DNA of 64,000 nt. It comes from a virus. Its lineage: Duplodnaviria > Caudoviricetes. Below the pieces are notes generated by a model. That model saw only the letters and a program-made list of their open reading frames with translations, searched no databases and was not told the origin of the DNA. A program made the translations under genes and the position numbers. Shown piece by piece: positions 1 to 9,163 of the stretch. Each line of letters begins with the position of its first letter. The stretch's first letter is position 1. The stretch spans positions 96,001 to 160,000 of IMG/VR virus record IMGVR_UViG_2974655483_000001. One strand, written 5' to 3'.

Positions 1-1
1 A

Positions 2-364
2 GTAAAATTACTTCCAGATGTTGGAGAAACTAAGGATGTACCTGTTACATTAACTAGTGTTGATTATGAAGATACTTATGAGGGTGACTTTTCTGCTCGT
101 AGAGCGATTATTTACACTTTACAGTTTACAGTGAAAACATATCTATACGGTCCTATTACAGATAGCAAGACTATCAAGAAAGTTATCACTGATATGTACA
201 CTGATGTCAATACTTCTTCTGCACCTAGAGAAGTTCGATATACAATTCAACCAGATCCTCTCACGGCAGATGCTGATGATGACTTTGGATTTGGTGTTGT
301 TGATGAAGACTTCACCGACAATAAGAAACGTAATCCTGTAAGTGGCGCTGACGAGGCAATCTAA
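2..364 (+). CDS. gp15: Tail sheath stabilizer / tail completion protein, 5'-truncated by window edge
   Basis: Frame open from position 2 (VKLLPDVGETKDVPVTLTSVDYEDTYEGDF...YTLQFTVKTYLYGP), typical gp15 C-terminus; directly upstream of gp16. Confidence 0.9.
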   Translation, partial: VKLLPDVGETKDVPVTLTSVDYEDTYEGDFSARRAIIYTLQFTVKTYLYGPITDSKTIKKVITDMYTDVNTSSAPREVRYTIQPDPLTADADDDFGFGVVDEDFTDNKKRNPVSGADEAI

Positions 365-795
365 TGACAACTCCTTTTAATGGACTAAATGATGCTTTTG
401 GAGCAGAACCTTCTGAACTCCAGAAGCATGTTGAGAAAGTGAAACCTACTTTGAAAAAGACGGATAGTCCTGATATTAAACAGGACTATGAGACTACTCG
501 TGCTGCATTACATATGTTAGTAATGAAAGGTCAAGAGGCAGTAGATGGAATACTTGATGTGGCACGAGCGTCAGATCATCCTCGTGCTTATGAAGTTGCT
601 GCAACAACAATTAAAAGCGTAGCAGATACTGCTGATAAGTTGATTGACTTGCAAAAGAAAATGAAGGAGTTAGATGCTGATGAGAAAAAGTCAAGCCCGT
701 CTACTGTTAATAACACGATGTTTATTGGCAGTACTGCGGACCTCCAAAAAATGCTAAAGAAGCAAAAGGAGATAAATAATACTGACTCGAAATAA
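364..795 (+). CDS. gp16: Terminase small subunit
   Basis: DYETTR...HPRAYEVA...NNTMFIGST motifs of T4-like gp16; synteny. Confidence 0.93.
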   Translation: MTTPFNGLNDAFGAEPSELQKHVEKVKPTLKKTDSPDIKQDYETTRAALHMLVMKGQEAVDGILDVARASDHPRAYEVAATTIKSVADTADKLIDLQKKMKELDADEKKSSPSTVNNTMFIGSTADLQKMLKKQKEINNTDSK

Positions 796-801
796 CACGA
801 C

Positions 802-1338
802 ATGACAGTATTAAATGTTTTAAGCACTAACGCAGTTGCTGCTGGAGCTACAGAGTATCAAGTTGTTGAAACTGGATACTATCGTGTAGTTGCAACTGCA
901 GGCGATGCTACCATCGCATTCAATGATGGTCCTGCAATCACTATTGTTCAAGACCAAGCACTTTTGCTGAAAGGTGGAAAACCTGGTCAAGCAAGAGTTG
1001 TAAAAGCAACAGATTCTGCAACTACAGTATATACACTCGGTACAAATCTTGGAGAGACCAGTAACACTCATCCATTCTCAGTAGGAGACTTTATTGCTGT
1101 TGTCGATACTGCAACTTCCCCTGCTATTGGCAGTGAATTCTTATCTGCTGGCACCGCTGGGAAAACGATCACAGCAGCTACTGGTAGCACGATTACAACT
1201 AATGTGGACTCTTCTGCTGCTGCTGCAGATTACACATATGCTTATAGTGGACCACAAGCAATCGTCAAACGATGCATAAAGGTTGCAGTAACTGGTAATG
1301 CAGTTGCTCTAGAAGAAGTACAAGTAGTCGGAGGTTGA
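802..1338 (+). CDS. Hypothetical, probable virion structural protein (A/T/G/V-rich, beta-type)
   Basis: 178-aa ORF preceded by late-promoter-like ATAAATA near 773; composition. Confidence 0.6.
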   Translation: MTVLNVLSTNAVAAGATEYQVVETGYYRVVATAGDATIAFNDGPAITIVQDQALLLKGGKPGQARVVKATDSATTVYTLGTNLGETSNTHPFSVGDFIAVVDTATSPAIGSEFLSAGTAGKTITAATGSTITTNVDSSAAAADYTYAYSGPQAIVKRCIKVAVTGNAVALEEVQVVGG

Positions 1339-1339
1339 T

Positions 1340-2704
1340 ATGGCGCAAGGTTTTGCATCAGATATTCCACCTGCCGTTAATGGCACCGCTAAGAAATATA
1401 TTAGGGGTATGATGAAGGGTAAGAATAGGTGGAATAAACTCTATGGAAATCGTTCCAAAGAGGTAATGCATAAAACTGCAAACAAGATGGCTATGGGAGA
1501 GATGTCTAAAATGCCACCAACATATACAGATGTATTCGGAGAAGCAAACAAGTCTGGAGATAATTCTCTTCGTGACTGGTTTGGTAAGAGTAAATCATCT
1601 GATGGCACTAAAGGGTGGGTCCAACTTGGTGGTAAGTATGCAGGAAAACCTTGTGCAAAGCAACCTGGTCAGACCACTAAACCCAAATGCGGGTCTAGTA
1701 AGATGAAGAGAAACCTAAATAAAGGCGAAGAGGAAGCAGCATTCCGTCGCAAAAATGCTGAAGACCCAAATCCAGATAGAAAAGGGAAGGCGAAAAACGT
1801 GAGGACAGAAGCAACTATCAACGAAAGAGGCGATTTCTGGCATCCCGATCCTGAGAAAGATCGTAAGTTGGGTGGTCCTGGTGCTAATGTTCGTGCTCGT
1901 GAAGATCGTGCTGCTGCATCTAAACCCAAGTCAGACCCTAAGAAACTAAGAGATGGTGAGTCTTACATGGATTACGCCAAGCGTCAGAAAGCAAGTAGGA
2001 TGAAGAAAGAAGAAGTACAAGTAGAAGGTATGGGTGATGTTGCTATCAAGGCAATCAGAAAAACCCAAGGGGAGAAACCTGCATATCTTAGTAAGCGTTC
2101 TTCTATGATCCGTGCAATCAAGCAGAAGCAACTCGATTCATATCTCAAAAAGAGAGATACTAAGAAGAAAGAACGAGTAACCAATGTTGGTGTTGGTGAA
2201 GAATTTGTCAATGAGAAAGCAGGCGAGAAAGATGCTTGCTATAAGAAAGTAAAAGCAAGTGCAAAGGTATGGCCTTCTGCATATGCTAGTGGTAGATTAG
2301 TCCAGTGCCGTAAGAAAGGTGCTGCTAACTATGGTAATAAGTCTGAAGGAATGACACTCCAAGACTTTCAAGAGAAGTGCTGGAAAGGATATAAGCGAGT
2401 TGGGATGAAGAAGAAGGGTAATAAGATGGTTCCTAATTGCGTTCCAGAAGGTGTAACAAATGAAGGAGCAGCATGGACAAAAAAATCAGGAAAGAACTCC
2501 GAAGGAGGACTCAACGAAAAAGGACGCAAATCTTATGAGAGAGAAAACCCTGGAAGCGATCTTAAAGCACCTTCCAAAAAAGTAGGGAATCCTCGTCGTG
2601 CTTCTTTCTGTGCGAGAATGAAGGGTATGCGTAAGAGACAGAAACCTTCCAACAACACAGGCGATGACCGTCTGTCCAAGTCCCTTAGAGCGTGGAACTG
2701 CTGA
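1340..2704 (+). CDS. Lys/Arg-rich modular protein, probable internal head protein (DUF6321-like C-terminus)
   Basis: Basic modules separated by short xxE linkers; C-terminal RRASFCARMKG...SLRAWNC motif. Confidence 0.6.
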   Translation: MAQGFASDIPPAVNGTAKKYIRGMMKGKNRWNKLYGNRSKEVMHKTANKMAMGEMSKMPPTYTDVFGEANKSGDNSLRDWFGKSKSSDGTKGWVQLGGKYAGKPCAKQPGQTTKPKCGSSKMKRNLNKGEEEAAFRRKNAEDPNPDRKGKAKNVRTEATINERGDFWHPDPEKDRKLGGPGANVRAREDRAAASKPKSDPKKLRDGESYMDYAKRQKASRMKKEEVQVEGMGDVAIKAIRKTQGEKPAYLSKRSSMIRAIKQKQLDSYLKKRDTKKKERVTNVGVGEEFVNEKAGEKDACYKKVKASAKVWPSAYASGRLVQCRKKGAANYGNKSEGMTLQDFQEKCWKGYKRVGMKKKGNKMVPNCVPEGVTNEGAAWTKKSGKNSEGGLNEKGRKSYERENPGSDLKAPSKKVGNPRRASFCARMKGMRKRQKPSNNTGDDRLSKSLRAWNC

Positions 2705-3030
2705 TGAAATCTTACAACGAATTTATATCCGAGTCTGTAAACATCTCGGGAGATTTAAACGGAAATCTCTATATCAACTCGCAACCTGAAGAACCTCAGC
2801 AGGTAGGGGAAACCTATACTGCCGATGTGCTCTATAAAGGCGAGTTGTACAACATTGAGTTTGTCTCGGAAGGTTCTCCTACCAAGAATGAGTTGGTAGA
2901 AATGCTTCAGGGAGAATATCCTGGTGCAATGGTACAGGGTATCTATCCTGTAGAAAAGAGCAAACTGAATATCACCAAGTCAAACAAAGTTACGATTGAT
3001 GGCGAGGGTCATAAGTACGGAGCATTTTAA
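2704..3030 (+). CDS. Hypothetical protein with N-terminus resembling the T4 capsid-targeting sequence
   Basis: ATG overlaps previous stop; starts MKSYNEFISE, compared with T4 internal-protein MKTYQEFIAE. Confidence 0.65.
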   Translation: MKSYNEFISESVNISGDLNGNLYINSQPEEPQQVGETYTADVLYKGELYNIEFVSEGSPTKNELVEMLQGEYPGAMVQGIYPVEKSKLNITKSNKVTIDGEGHKYGAF

Positions 3031-3033
3031 GTC

Positions 3034-4359
3034 ATGGCACAGTGGAATAAGAACACACAAGATTTCTTAAATCAAGAAAGGTCTCTGTTTGAGACTATCA
3101 ATATAGCAACCAAAGATGGTGAGCAGGTATCTACGGACAATCCATTACCAGTATCTGGAACAATTGCGACTACAGCACCAACAGGAACTACAGATGCTTT
3201 CGGTCGCACAAGAATATCTCAACCACTCACTCTATTTGATAGTTCCCACAGATACAGAGATAATAACCTGTGGTCAACTGCTACTACTGGGACTGCTTCT
3301 ACTACCTTTAGTGCTACTGAAGGTCTGGTAAATCTAACAGTTGATGATGCTTCTGGAGCACAGATTATTCGTGAGACCACAAAAGTATTCGCATACCAAC
3401 CAGGCAAATCTTTGCTCATTATGAGCACATTTGTTCCTGCCACACCAAAAGCAAACTTGAGACAGAGAGTTGGATATTTTGGTGCTGATAATGGAATGTA
3501 TTTTGAGATCAACGGCACCACACCTTATTTTGTAGAAAGAAGTTTATCCACTGGAACTCAAACAGAAGTAGCACAAGCAAATTGGAATATTGATAAGTTA
3601 GATGGCACTGGTGTTTCTGGTATTACATTAGATACAACTAAAGCACAAATTCTTTGGATGGATATTGAGTGGTTGGGTCTTGGCACAGTCAGAATGGGAT
3701 TTGTAATAAACGGACAGTTTATCCTCTGCCATTCATTCCATCACGCAAATATAATTACATCAACTTATATCACAACAGCCTCATTACCTTTGAGGTATGA
3801 GATTACTAATACTGGTGCTACAAGTGGTAGTAGCACGATGAAGCAAGTTTGCTCTACCGTAATTTCTGAAGGTGGTTATGAACTTCGTGGAATACAACAA
3901 GCAGTTGGAACACCGATTACGGATACATACAACCTTGCCACAGCAGGAACATATTATCCAATTGTAAGTATTCGTTTGAAATCTACTAGATTTGATGCGA
4001 TTGTTATTCTTACAGCACTTTCTATTCTCCCAACAGAAAATGGTGATTTTAATTGGCGAGTAGTTGCTGGAGGCTCAACAACAGCAGGCAGTTGGGTATC
4101 TGCTGGTGCTGATTCCTCTGTTGAATACAATCTTACTGGCACAGGAACTTCAGGTGGCAGAGTTTTAGCAAGTGGTTTTGTTAAATCTACAAATACTGCT
4201 GGTTCTGGCGTTGATATTTTGAAAGAAGCACTATTCAAATTTCAACTTGAAAGAAACACATTTACATCTACAGCAGAAGAACTTTCATTGGTTATGGCCA
4301 GTAATGGTAATAATGATGAAGTTTACGGTTCAATGGACTGGGAAGAAGTTAGTAGGTAA
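3034..4359 (+). CDS. Putative virion structural protein
   Basis: 441 aa; DAFGRTRISQPLTLFDS and YQPGKS motifs recognised from cyanophage structural proteins; T/G/S-rich. Confidence 0.7.
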   Translation: MAQWNKNTQDFLNQERSLFETINIATKDGEQVSTDNPLPVSGTIATTAPTGTTDAFGRTRISQPLTLFDSSHRYRDNNLWSTATTGTASTTFSATEGLVNLTVDDASGAQIIRETTKVFAYQPGKSLLIMSTFVPATPKANLRQRVGYFGADNGMYFEINGTTPYFVERSLSTGTQTEVAQANWNIDKLDGTGVSGITLDTTKAQILWMDIEWLGLGTVRMGFVINGQFILCHSFHHANIITSTYITTASLPLRYEITNTGATSGSSTMKQVCSTVISEGGYELRGIQQAVGTPITDTYNLATAGTYYPIVSIRLKSTRFDAIVILTALSILPTENGDFNWRVVAGGSTTAGSWVSAGADSSVEYNLTGTGTSGGRVLASGFVKSTNTAGSGVDILKEALFKFQLERNTFTSTAEELSLVMASNGNNDEVYGSMDWEEVSR

Positions 4360-4420
4360 GTGCTAAACCACTTTCTGAATCGTCTGTCGAAGTCATTAAG
4401 AGTTTGGAACTGCTGATATA

Positions 4421-4453
4421 TTGACAAATTGTAGCAAGATGCTACAATAAATA
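4421..4453 (+). promoter_or_regulatory. Overlapping sigma70-type promoter (TTGACA-16-TACAAT, extended TG) and late-type AATAAATA, with 9-bp-arm palindrome
   Basis: ttgaca 4421-4426, tacaat 4443-4448, ATTGTAGCA-aga-TGCTACAAT 4428-4448. Confidence 0.65.
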
Positions 4454-4485
4454 CTTAAAATAATTATAGAAGGATACTGCATTTT

Positions 4486-4779
4486 ATGACTGATCCAAAA
4501 GAAGTATCATCCTTTTCTATGGAACGGAAAGAGTGTGAGAAGTGTGGTGCCGTTTGGTTGAACGGACAGCATATGTGGACTGGCACTGGAAAAAAAGGCA
4601 ATGAATTAGATCTAGCTGGACTCGTTTGCAATAACATTTCAAAAGAAAATCCAGACTATACGAAGTGCATAAACGATAGTCGTGGAAAGATAGGTGGTCA
4701 AACTTGGGAGTATAGAAGAGGGTATGTTGAGGGTCAATTGGATGCTACGATGAAGTCGTCAGCGATGCCTGACACATAA
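4486..4779 (+). CDS. Conserved cyanophage hypothetical protein (CxxC)
   Basis: 97-aa ORF, ECEKCGAVWLNGQHMWTGTG, DLAGLVCN. Confidence 0.7.
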   Translation: MTDPKEVSSFSMERKECEKCGAVWLNGQHMWTGTGKKGNELDLAGLVCNNISKENPDYTKCINDSRGKIGGQTWEYRRGYVEGQLDATMKSSAMPDT

Positions 4780-4830
4780 AGGACATACACTAAAAGTCTA
4801 GTCATAGATAGTGCAGTTGAATAGACTATT

Positions 4831-5172
4831 ATGAATTTTATTCGCGCAATTATTATTGCAACTTTAGCCGCAATGGTTTTTTTCTTACCTAAAACTGCAT
4901 ACGCTTTAGATGTAACAATGGGTGCTGGTGGTAACCTAGTATTTGAACCTAACGAGATCACAATCTCAGCAGGAGACACAGTTCACTTTATTAACGAAGC
5001 ACTACCCCCTCACAATATTATTGTAGAAGGTCGTGCAGATCTTTCCAGAGAAGCACTACTGTTTGCTCCTGGAGAAACACAGGATGTTGTATTTGCTGAT
5101 GTAGGGGACTATAATTTCTTCTGTGGTCCTCATCAAGGAGCAGGTATGACTGGCGTTGTTCACGTAAATTGA
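4831..5172 (+). CDS. petE: Plastocyanin
   Basis: Signal peptide, LVFEP, PPHN and C-x-P-H-x-GAGM copper ligands. Confidence 0.97.
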   Translation: MNFIRAIIIATLAAMVFFLPKTAYALDVTMGAGGNLVFEPNEITISAGDTVHFINEALPPHNIIVEGRADLSREALLFAPGETQDVVFADVGDYNFFCGPHQGAGMTGVVHVN

Positions 5173-5181
5173 GAGACTACA

Positions 5182-5385
5182 ATGAATTGGTCTCCCGAAT
5201 TAAAAAAACGATATAACTTTGCGTTATCAGCATTTTCAAGAATGTATGGTACAAGTCATATCACCATGGAAATGATGCACTTTAGTTATAAGTGGGCAGA
5301 TTCTGATCATGACCATCCCGAAGGAACATTAACTACTATCGATTTTTATTTTAGAGACTTATGGACAAACGCAAAAACGATATGA
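5182..5385 (+). CDS. Hypothetical protein
   Basis: 67-aa ORF in operon context. Confidence 0.6.
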   Translation: MNWSPELKKRYNFALSAFSRMYGTSHITMEMMHFSYKWADSDHDHPEGTLTTIDFYFRDLWTNAKTI

Positions 5386-5465
5386 AAGTAATACCATCAT
5401 TAATAATCTTAGGTGGTGTTGCTTTTTTTGTTATCTGGGGAGTCAATAACGCTTATCCGCTATGA
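5382..5465 (+). CDS. Single-TM microprotein (MKVIPSLIILGGVAFFVIWGVNNAYPL); alternative in-frame start 5361
   Basis: Translated by hand; ATGA overlaps at both ends; hydrophobic stretch. Confidence 0.55.
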   Translation: MKVIPSLIILGGVAFFVIWGVNNAYPL

Positions 5466-5614
5466 TGTTACAGTTTGCTAGATTTTGTGGAACAGTATTG
5501 AATAATCCATATGGTATTGGCATCATGGCATGGTGCCTAGTCTTTGTTCCTATCATAGGTATGTGGGCAGTTCATAAATATGGATGGCAACATTGGGAGC
5601 CATTTCATAAATGA
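5462..5614 (+). CDS. Small membrane protein (50 aa, ...VPIIGMWAVHKYGWQHWEPF)
   Basis: Translated by hand; ATGA coupling on both sides; resembles a conserved picocyanobacterial/cyanophage small protein. Confidence 0.65.
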   Translation: MMLQFARFCGTVLNNPYGIGIMAWCLVFVPIIGMWAVHKYGWQHWEPFHK

Positions 5615-5820
5615 ATTTATTATTGAGACCTCTTGATAATCCAGGTGATCCTGTATGGTCAGTGATCTTTATGGTATTCCTTGCTGTCGCAGGAGCATTC
5701 TATTGTATCGTATACATACTAAGAGAAGCATTTGCAGAGTTAGAAAATGGGAGCAATGAAACCACCGAGCAGGAAGAGCTGCTACAACTTCCGAGTGACG
5801 GAGATCAATCGTGTCCTTGA
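5611..5820 (+). CDS. Small membrane protein
   Basis: One TM helix (DPVWSVIFMVFLAVAGAFYCIVYIL), acidic tail. Confidence 0.65.
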   Translation: MNLLLRPLDNPGDPVWSVIFMVFLAVAGAFYCIVYILREAFAELENGSNETTEQEELLQLPSDGDQSCP

Positions 5821-6208
5821 TGGTGATACTATTGATGTCACTATTGACCTCGGGTTTGATTTATACAAGAAAGAAAGAGTTAGAGTTGCAGGAGTTGATA
5901 CGCCAGAGAAGAGGACCAAAAACTTAGAGGAGAAGGCACTTGGAATCGACGCAACCAACTGGCTCAAAGAAAAACTCGAAGGCACGTTGGCTGGTGATGA
6001 TGAGTTGTCTGTTAGGACTGAACTTGTTGGTGGCACTGGGAAATACGGGCGTCTTCTGGGTTGGCTTTACATTGGGGACGACAATGTGTCCCTCAACGAG
6101 CAAATGATTGAAGAAGGATATGCTCACGCATATGATGGCGGAACCAAGGATATGAACCTTGAAGCACTAAGAGAAATTCGTAGACAGCATGGGACACTAG
6201 TAGAATGA
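5747..6208 (+). CDS. Thermonuclease (SNase-like) family endonuclease
   Basis: RVLDGDTIDV, RVRVAGVDTPE, KYGRLLG motifs. Confidence 0.9.
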   Translation: MGAMKPPSRKSCYNFRVTEINRVLDGDTIDVTIDLGFDLYKKERVRVAGVDTPEKRTKNLEEKALGIDATNWLKEKLEGTLAGDDELSVRTELVGGTGKYGRLLGWLYIGDDNVSLNEQMIEEGYAHAYDGGTKDMNLEALREIRRQHGTLVE

Positions 6209-6291
6209 TGAGTGGAATTTTTGTATTTGGATTTATGATATTGATTACAATAGGAATGGAAATGACTTGGCCTGTGAAAAATAATAAGTAA
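6205..6291 (+). CDS. Single-TM microprotein (MMSGIFVFGFMILITIGMEMTWPVKNNK)
   Basis: Translated by hand; ATGA overlap with nuclease stop. Confidence 0.55.
   Translation: MMSGIFVFGFMILITIGMEMTWPVKNNK
6256..6287 (+). repeat. Direct repeat copy 1 (ATGrAAATGACTTGGCCTGTGAAAAATAATAA)
   Basis: 31/32 identical to 7418-7449. Confidence 0.95.
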
Positions 6292-6302
6292 AAGAGTAGT
6301 GA

Positions 6303-6310
6303 TATAAATA
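6303..6310 (+). promoter_or_regulatory. T4-type late promoter TATAAATA
   Basis: Exact consensus upstream of 6338. Confidence 0.8.
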
Positions 6311-6337
6311 ATTTAGAGAAGTCCCAGGTTTATTTGC

Positions 6338-7399
6338 ATGTCGGAATTAAATGTAGGAACAATTACTGCTACTAATGTCAACACTTCTAATGTAAGTGCT
6401 ACAAGTGATGTAGATGTTGATGGGAACTTTACTATTCCCAATAAAACTAATAGTACTCGTCCATCATCACCTCCTGCAGGTACAGTTATTCATAACACCG
6501 AAGAGGATAAGCAGCAAGTTTATAATGGTACTGAATGGAAAACTATTGGTGGAGACATAGTTGCTACCCAATATAAGATTCAGTGCTGGGGTGCTGGTGG
6601 TGGCGGTGGAACTAGTGGTGGATGGAGTTATGGTGCCGAAGGTGGTGGAGGTGGATATATTGAGGCAGATATAACAGGACTAACACCAGGAAACACTCTT
6701 TATATTCGTGTTGGTGAAGGTGGATTAGTTAATGGCACACGCATGTCATATGGTGGTGGCGGTGAAGCAAACCGCGCTGGTAATGATAATAGGTATGGTT
6801 CTAATGGTGGTGGTGCAACTGGTGTATTCCTTGGATCTGTATCTCATGCTAATACAATAATCATCGCTGGCGGCGGCGGCGGAGGTGGATCATCTAGAAA
6901 CCAAGAAGGCAACTTTGGTGGTGCAGGTGGTGGTCCTACTGGTCAAGATGGTTCTTCTCCTTATGAATATAAAACTCAATATCGTGGCAGAGGTGGTGGA
7001 GCATCTGAAGGTGGTAGAAACAACCAGCAGGGAGCTTCGTATGCGGCCCAAGCATTAGAGGGCGGATCTGCTGCATCTAATGGTTATGGTGGTGCAGGTG
7101 GTGGAGGATATTATGGCGGCAGTGCGGGAGGTTACTCTGAATCTAACACAATGGCAGGTGGTGGAGGTGGATCTGGATTTGCAAATCCTACATATTGCAA
7201 AGCTATTAGGAATCTGCGTGGGGAATATCGTATGCCAGCAGGTGCTGGTGAATTAGGATATCCTGGTGGTAGTCTTTCATTTGGCGGTAATGCTAATGCA
7301 ACTGCTGGTGGTCATGGATACTGTAGAATTACAGATGCTAATGGGACAGTAACGACTTATACATATACAGGTTCGGATGTAACTATAACAGTACCATGA
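6338..7399 (+). CDS. Glycine-rich virion / tail-fibre-associated protein
   Basis: RPSSPPAGTVIHNTE...YNGTEW N-terminal module, then WGAGGGGG / AGGGGGG glycine-rich domain; late promoter. Confidence 0.75.
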   Translation: MSELNVGTITATNVNTSNVSATSDVDVDGNFTIPNKTNSTRPSSPPAGTVIHNTEEDKQQVYNGTEWKTIGGDIVATQYKIQCWGAGGGGGTSGGWSYGAEGGGGGYIEADITGLTPGNTLYIRVGEGGLVNGTRMSYGGGGEANRAGNDNRYGSNGGGATGVFLGSVSHANTIIIAGGGGGGGSSRNQEGNFGGAGGGPTGQDGSSPYEYKTQYRGRGGGASEGGRNNQQGASYAAQALEGGSAASNGYGGAGGGGYYGGSAGGYSESNTMAGGGGGSGFANPTYCKAIRNLRGEYRMPAGAGELGYPGGSLSFGGNANATAGGHGYCRITDANGTVTTYTYTGSDVTITVP

Positions 7400-7417
7400 T
7401 AAGTTGAATTTGTGTAT

Positions 7418-7449
7418 ATGAAAATGACTTGGCCTGTGAAAAATAATAA
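7418..7449 (+). repeat. Direct repeat copy 2, abutting the gp17 start
   Basis: 31/32 identical to 6256-6287. Confidence 0.95.
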
Positions 7450-9099
7450 ATGAGTACGACTGAAGTATATCTTGGTAATCCCAATCTAAAGAAAGCAAAT
7501 ATTGCTCAGGAGTTTTCCCCTGAGGAAGTACAAGAGTATCTAAAATGTGCTGATGATCCAGTACATTTTATTCTTAATTACATTAAGATTGTTTCCCTAG
7601 ATGAAGGTGTTATACCTTTTACTATGTACGACTTTCAAGTCGATATGGTAAAGAGTTTTCATGACAATAGATTCAATATTGCCAAGTTACCTCGTCAGTC
7701 AGGTAAGTCTACTATCGTTACAGCATATCTTCTTTGGTATGTTCTATTCAACCCCAATGTCAATGTAGCAATCCTTGCAAACAAAGCAGCGACTGCCCGT
7801 GAAATGTTAGGTCGCTTACAACTTAGTTATGAAAATCTTCCCAAATGGCTCCAGCAAGGAATCCTCCAATGGAACAGGGGATCATTGGAACTTGAGAATG
7901 GCAGTAAAATTTTGGCTGCATCTACTTCCGCTAGTGCCGTCAGGGGCATGTCTTTTAATGTCATATTTCTGGACGAGTTCGCGTTTGTTCCGAACCATAT
8001 TGCTGACCAGTTCTTTTCATCTGTGTATCCTACTGTATCTTCTGGTAAGTCTACAAAGGTAATCATCATCTCCACGCCACATGGGATGAATATGTTCTAT
8101 AAACTGTGGCATGATGCTGAACAAGGGAAGAATGAATACCTCCCAACTGAGGTACATTGGTCACAAGTTCCTGGTAGAGATGCTGCATGGAAAGAACAGA
8201 CTATCAAGAACACTTCAGAGCAACAGTTCAAGGTTGAGTTTGAGTGCGAGTTCCTTGGATCTGTCGATACATTGATTAGTCCCAGTAAGTTGAGGACTAT
8301 GCCGTATGTTGAACCTATTGCACAAAATAAAGGTCTTTCTATCTACGACAGAGTAGAGGCAGAGCATAATTATATTATTACGGTTGACGTATCTCGTGGA
8401 ATAGGAAATGATTACAGTGCATTTGTTGTGGTAGATACGACAACTATGCCATACAAAGTAGTTGCAAGGTATAGAAATAATGAAATTAAACCTATCATTT
8501 TTCCCAACATCATTATTGATGTTGCAAGAAATTATAATAATGCGTATATACTTTGCGAAGTGAATGATATCGGTGGACAAGTAGCAGATATTATTCAGTT
8601 TGATTTGGAGTACGAAAATCTATTGATGGCAGCAATGCGGGGTCGTGCTGGTCAACAATTAGGTCAAGGGTTCTCTGGTAAGAAAACTCAACTAGGTGTC
8701 AAGATGTCCAGTGCCGTAAAGCAGGTTGGATGTTCTAACCTCAAAGCATTAATTGAAGAAGATAAACTTATCATTCCTGATTATGAAACTATTGCAGAAC
8801 TAACTACATTTATTGTCAAAGGGCAGTCTTTTGCTGCAGAAGATGGTTGTAATGATGACCTCGCTATGTGTCTTGTCATTTTCGGATGGATGGCAATGCA
8901 GGAGTATTTCAAACAAATGCATGATAATGATGTAAGACAAAGAATATACGACGACCAGAGAGAATCAATCGAACAGGATATGTCACCCTTTGGATTTATT
9001 AGTGATGGTATGGAAGATGAATACTTTGCGGATGCTCAGGGAGATGTTTGGCAGGTTGCGGAATATGGGGATAAGTCTTATATGTGGGAGTTTAGGTAA
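7450..9099 (+). CDS. gp17: Terminase large subunit
   Basis: PRQSGKST Walker A, IFLDEFAF Walker B, DVSRG / DDLAM nuclease motifs. Confidence 0.98.
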   Translation: MSTTEVYLGNPNLKKANIAQEFSPEEVQEYLKCADDPVHFILNYIKIVSLDEGVIPFTMYDFQVDMVKSFHDNRFNIAKLPRQSGKSTIVTAYLLWYVLFNPNVNVAILANKAATAREMLGRLQLSYENLPKWLQQGILQWNRGSLELENGSKILAASTSASAVRGMSFNVIFLDEFAFVPNHIADQFFSSVYPTVSSGKSTKVIIISTPHGMNMFYKLWHDAEQGKNEYLPTEVHWSQVPGRDAAWKEQTIKNTSEQQFKVEFECEFLGSVDTLISPSKLRTMPYVEPIAQNKGLSIYDRVEAEHNYIITVDVSRGIGNDYSAFVVVDTTTMPYKVVARYRNNEIKPIIFPNIIIDVARNYNNAYILCEVNDIGGQVADIIQFDLEYENLLMAAMRGRAGQQLGQGFSGKKTQLGVKMSSAVKQVGCSNLKALIEEDKLIIPDYETIAELTTFIVKGQSFAAEDGCNDDLAMCLVIFGWMAMQEYFKQMHDNDVRQRIYDDQRESIEQDMSPFGFISDGMEDEYFADAQGDVWQVAEYGDKSYMWEFR

Positions 9100-9110
9100 G
9101 GATCCAAAAA

Positions 9111-9118
9111 TATAAATA
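9111..9118 (+). promoter_or_regulatory. Late promoter TATAAATA
   Basis: Consensus upstream of gp18. Confidence 0.85.
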
Positions 9119-9163
9119 ATCTTAGACAACCGATGTTGGAATTAAACCTAGGAGACTTAAACA

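Noticed and set aside
4431-4445. Canonical NtcA box
   Set aside because: Spacing is GTA-N9-TAC rather than N8; kept only as an unassigned palindrome.
6580-7320. GGT/GGC-rich tandem-like repeats as a CRISPR or VNTR array
   Set aside because: These are glycine codons of a coding sequence. No repeat-spacer periodicity was seen anywhere in the window.
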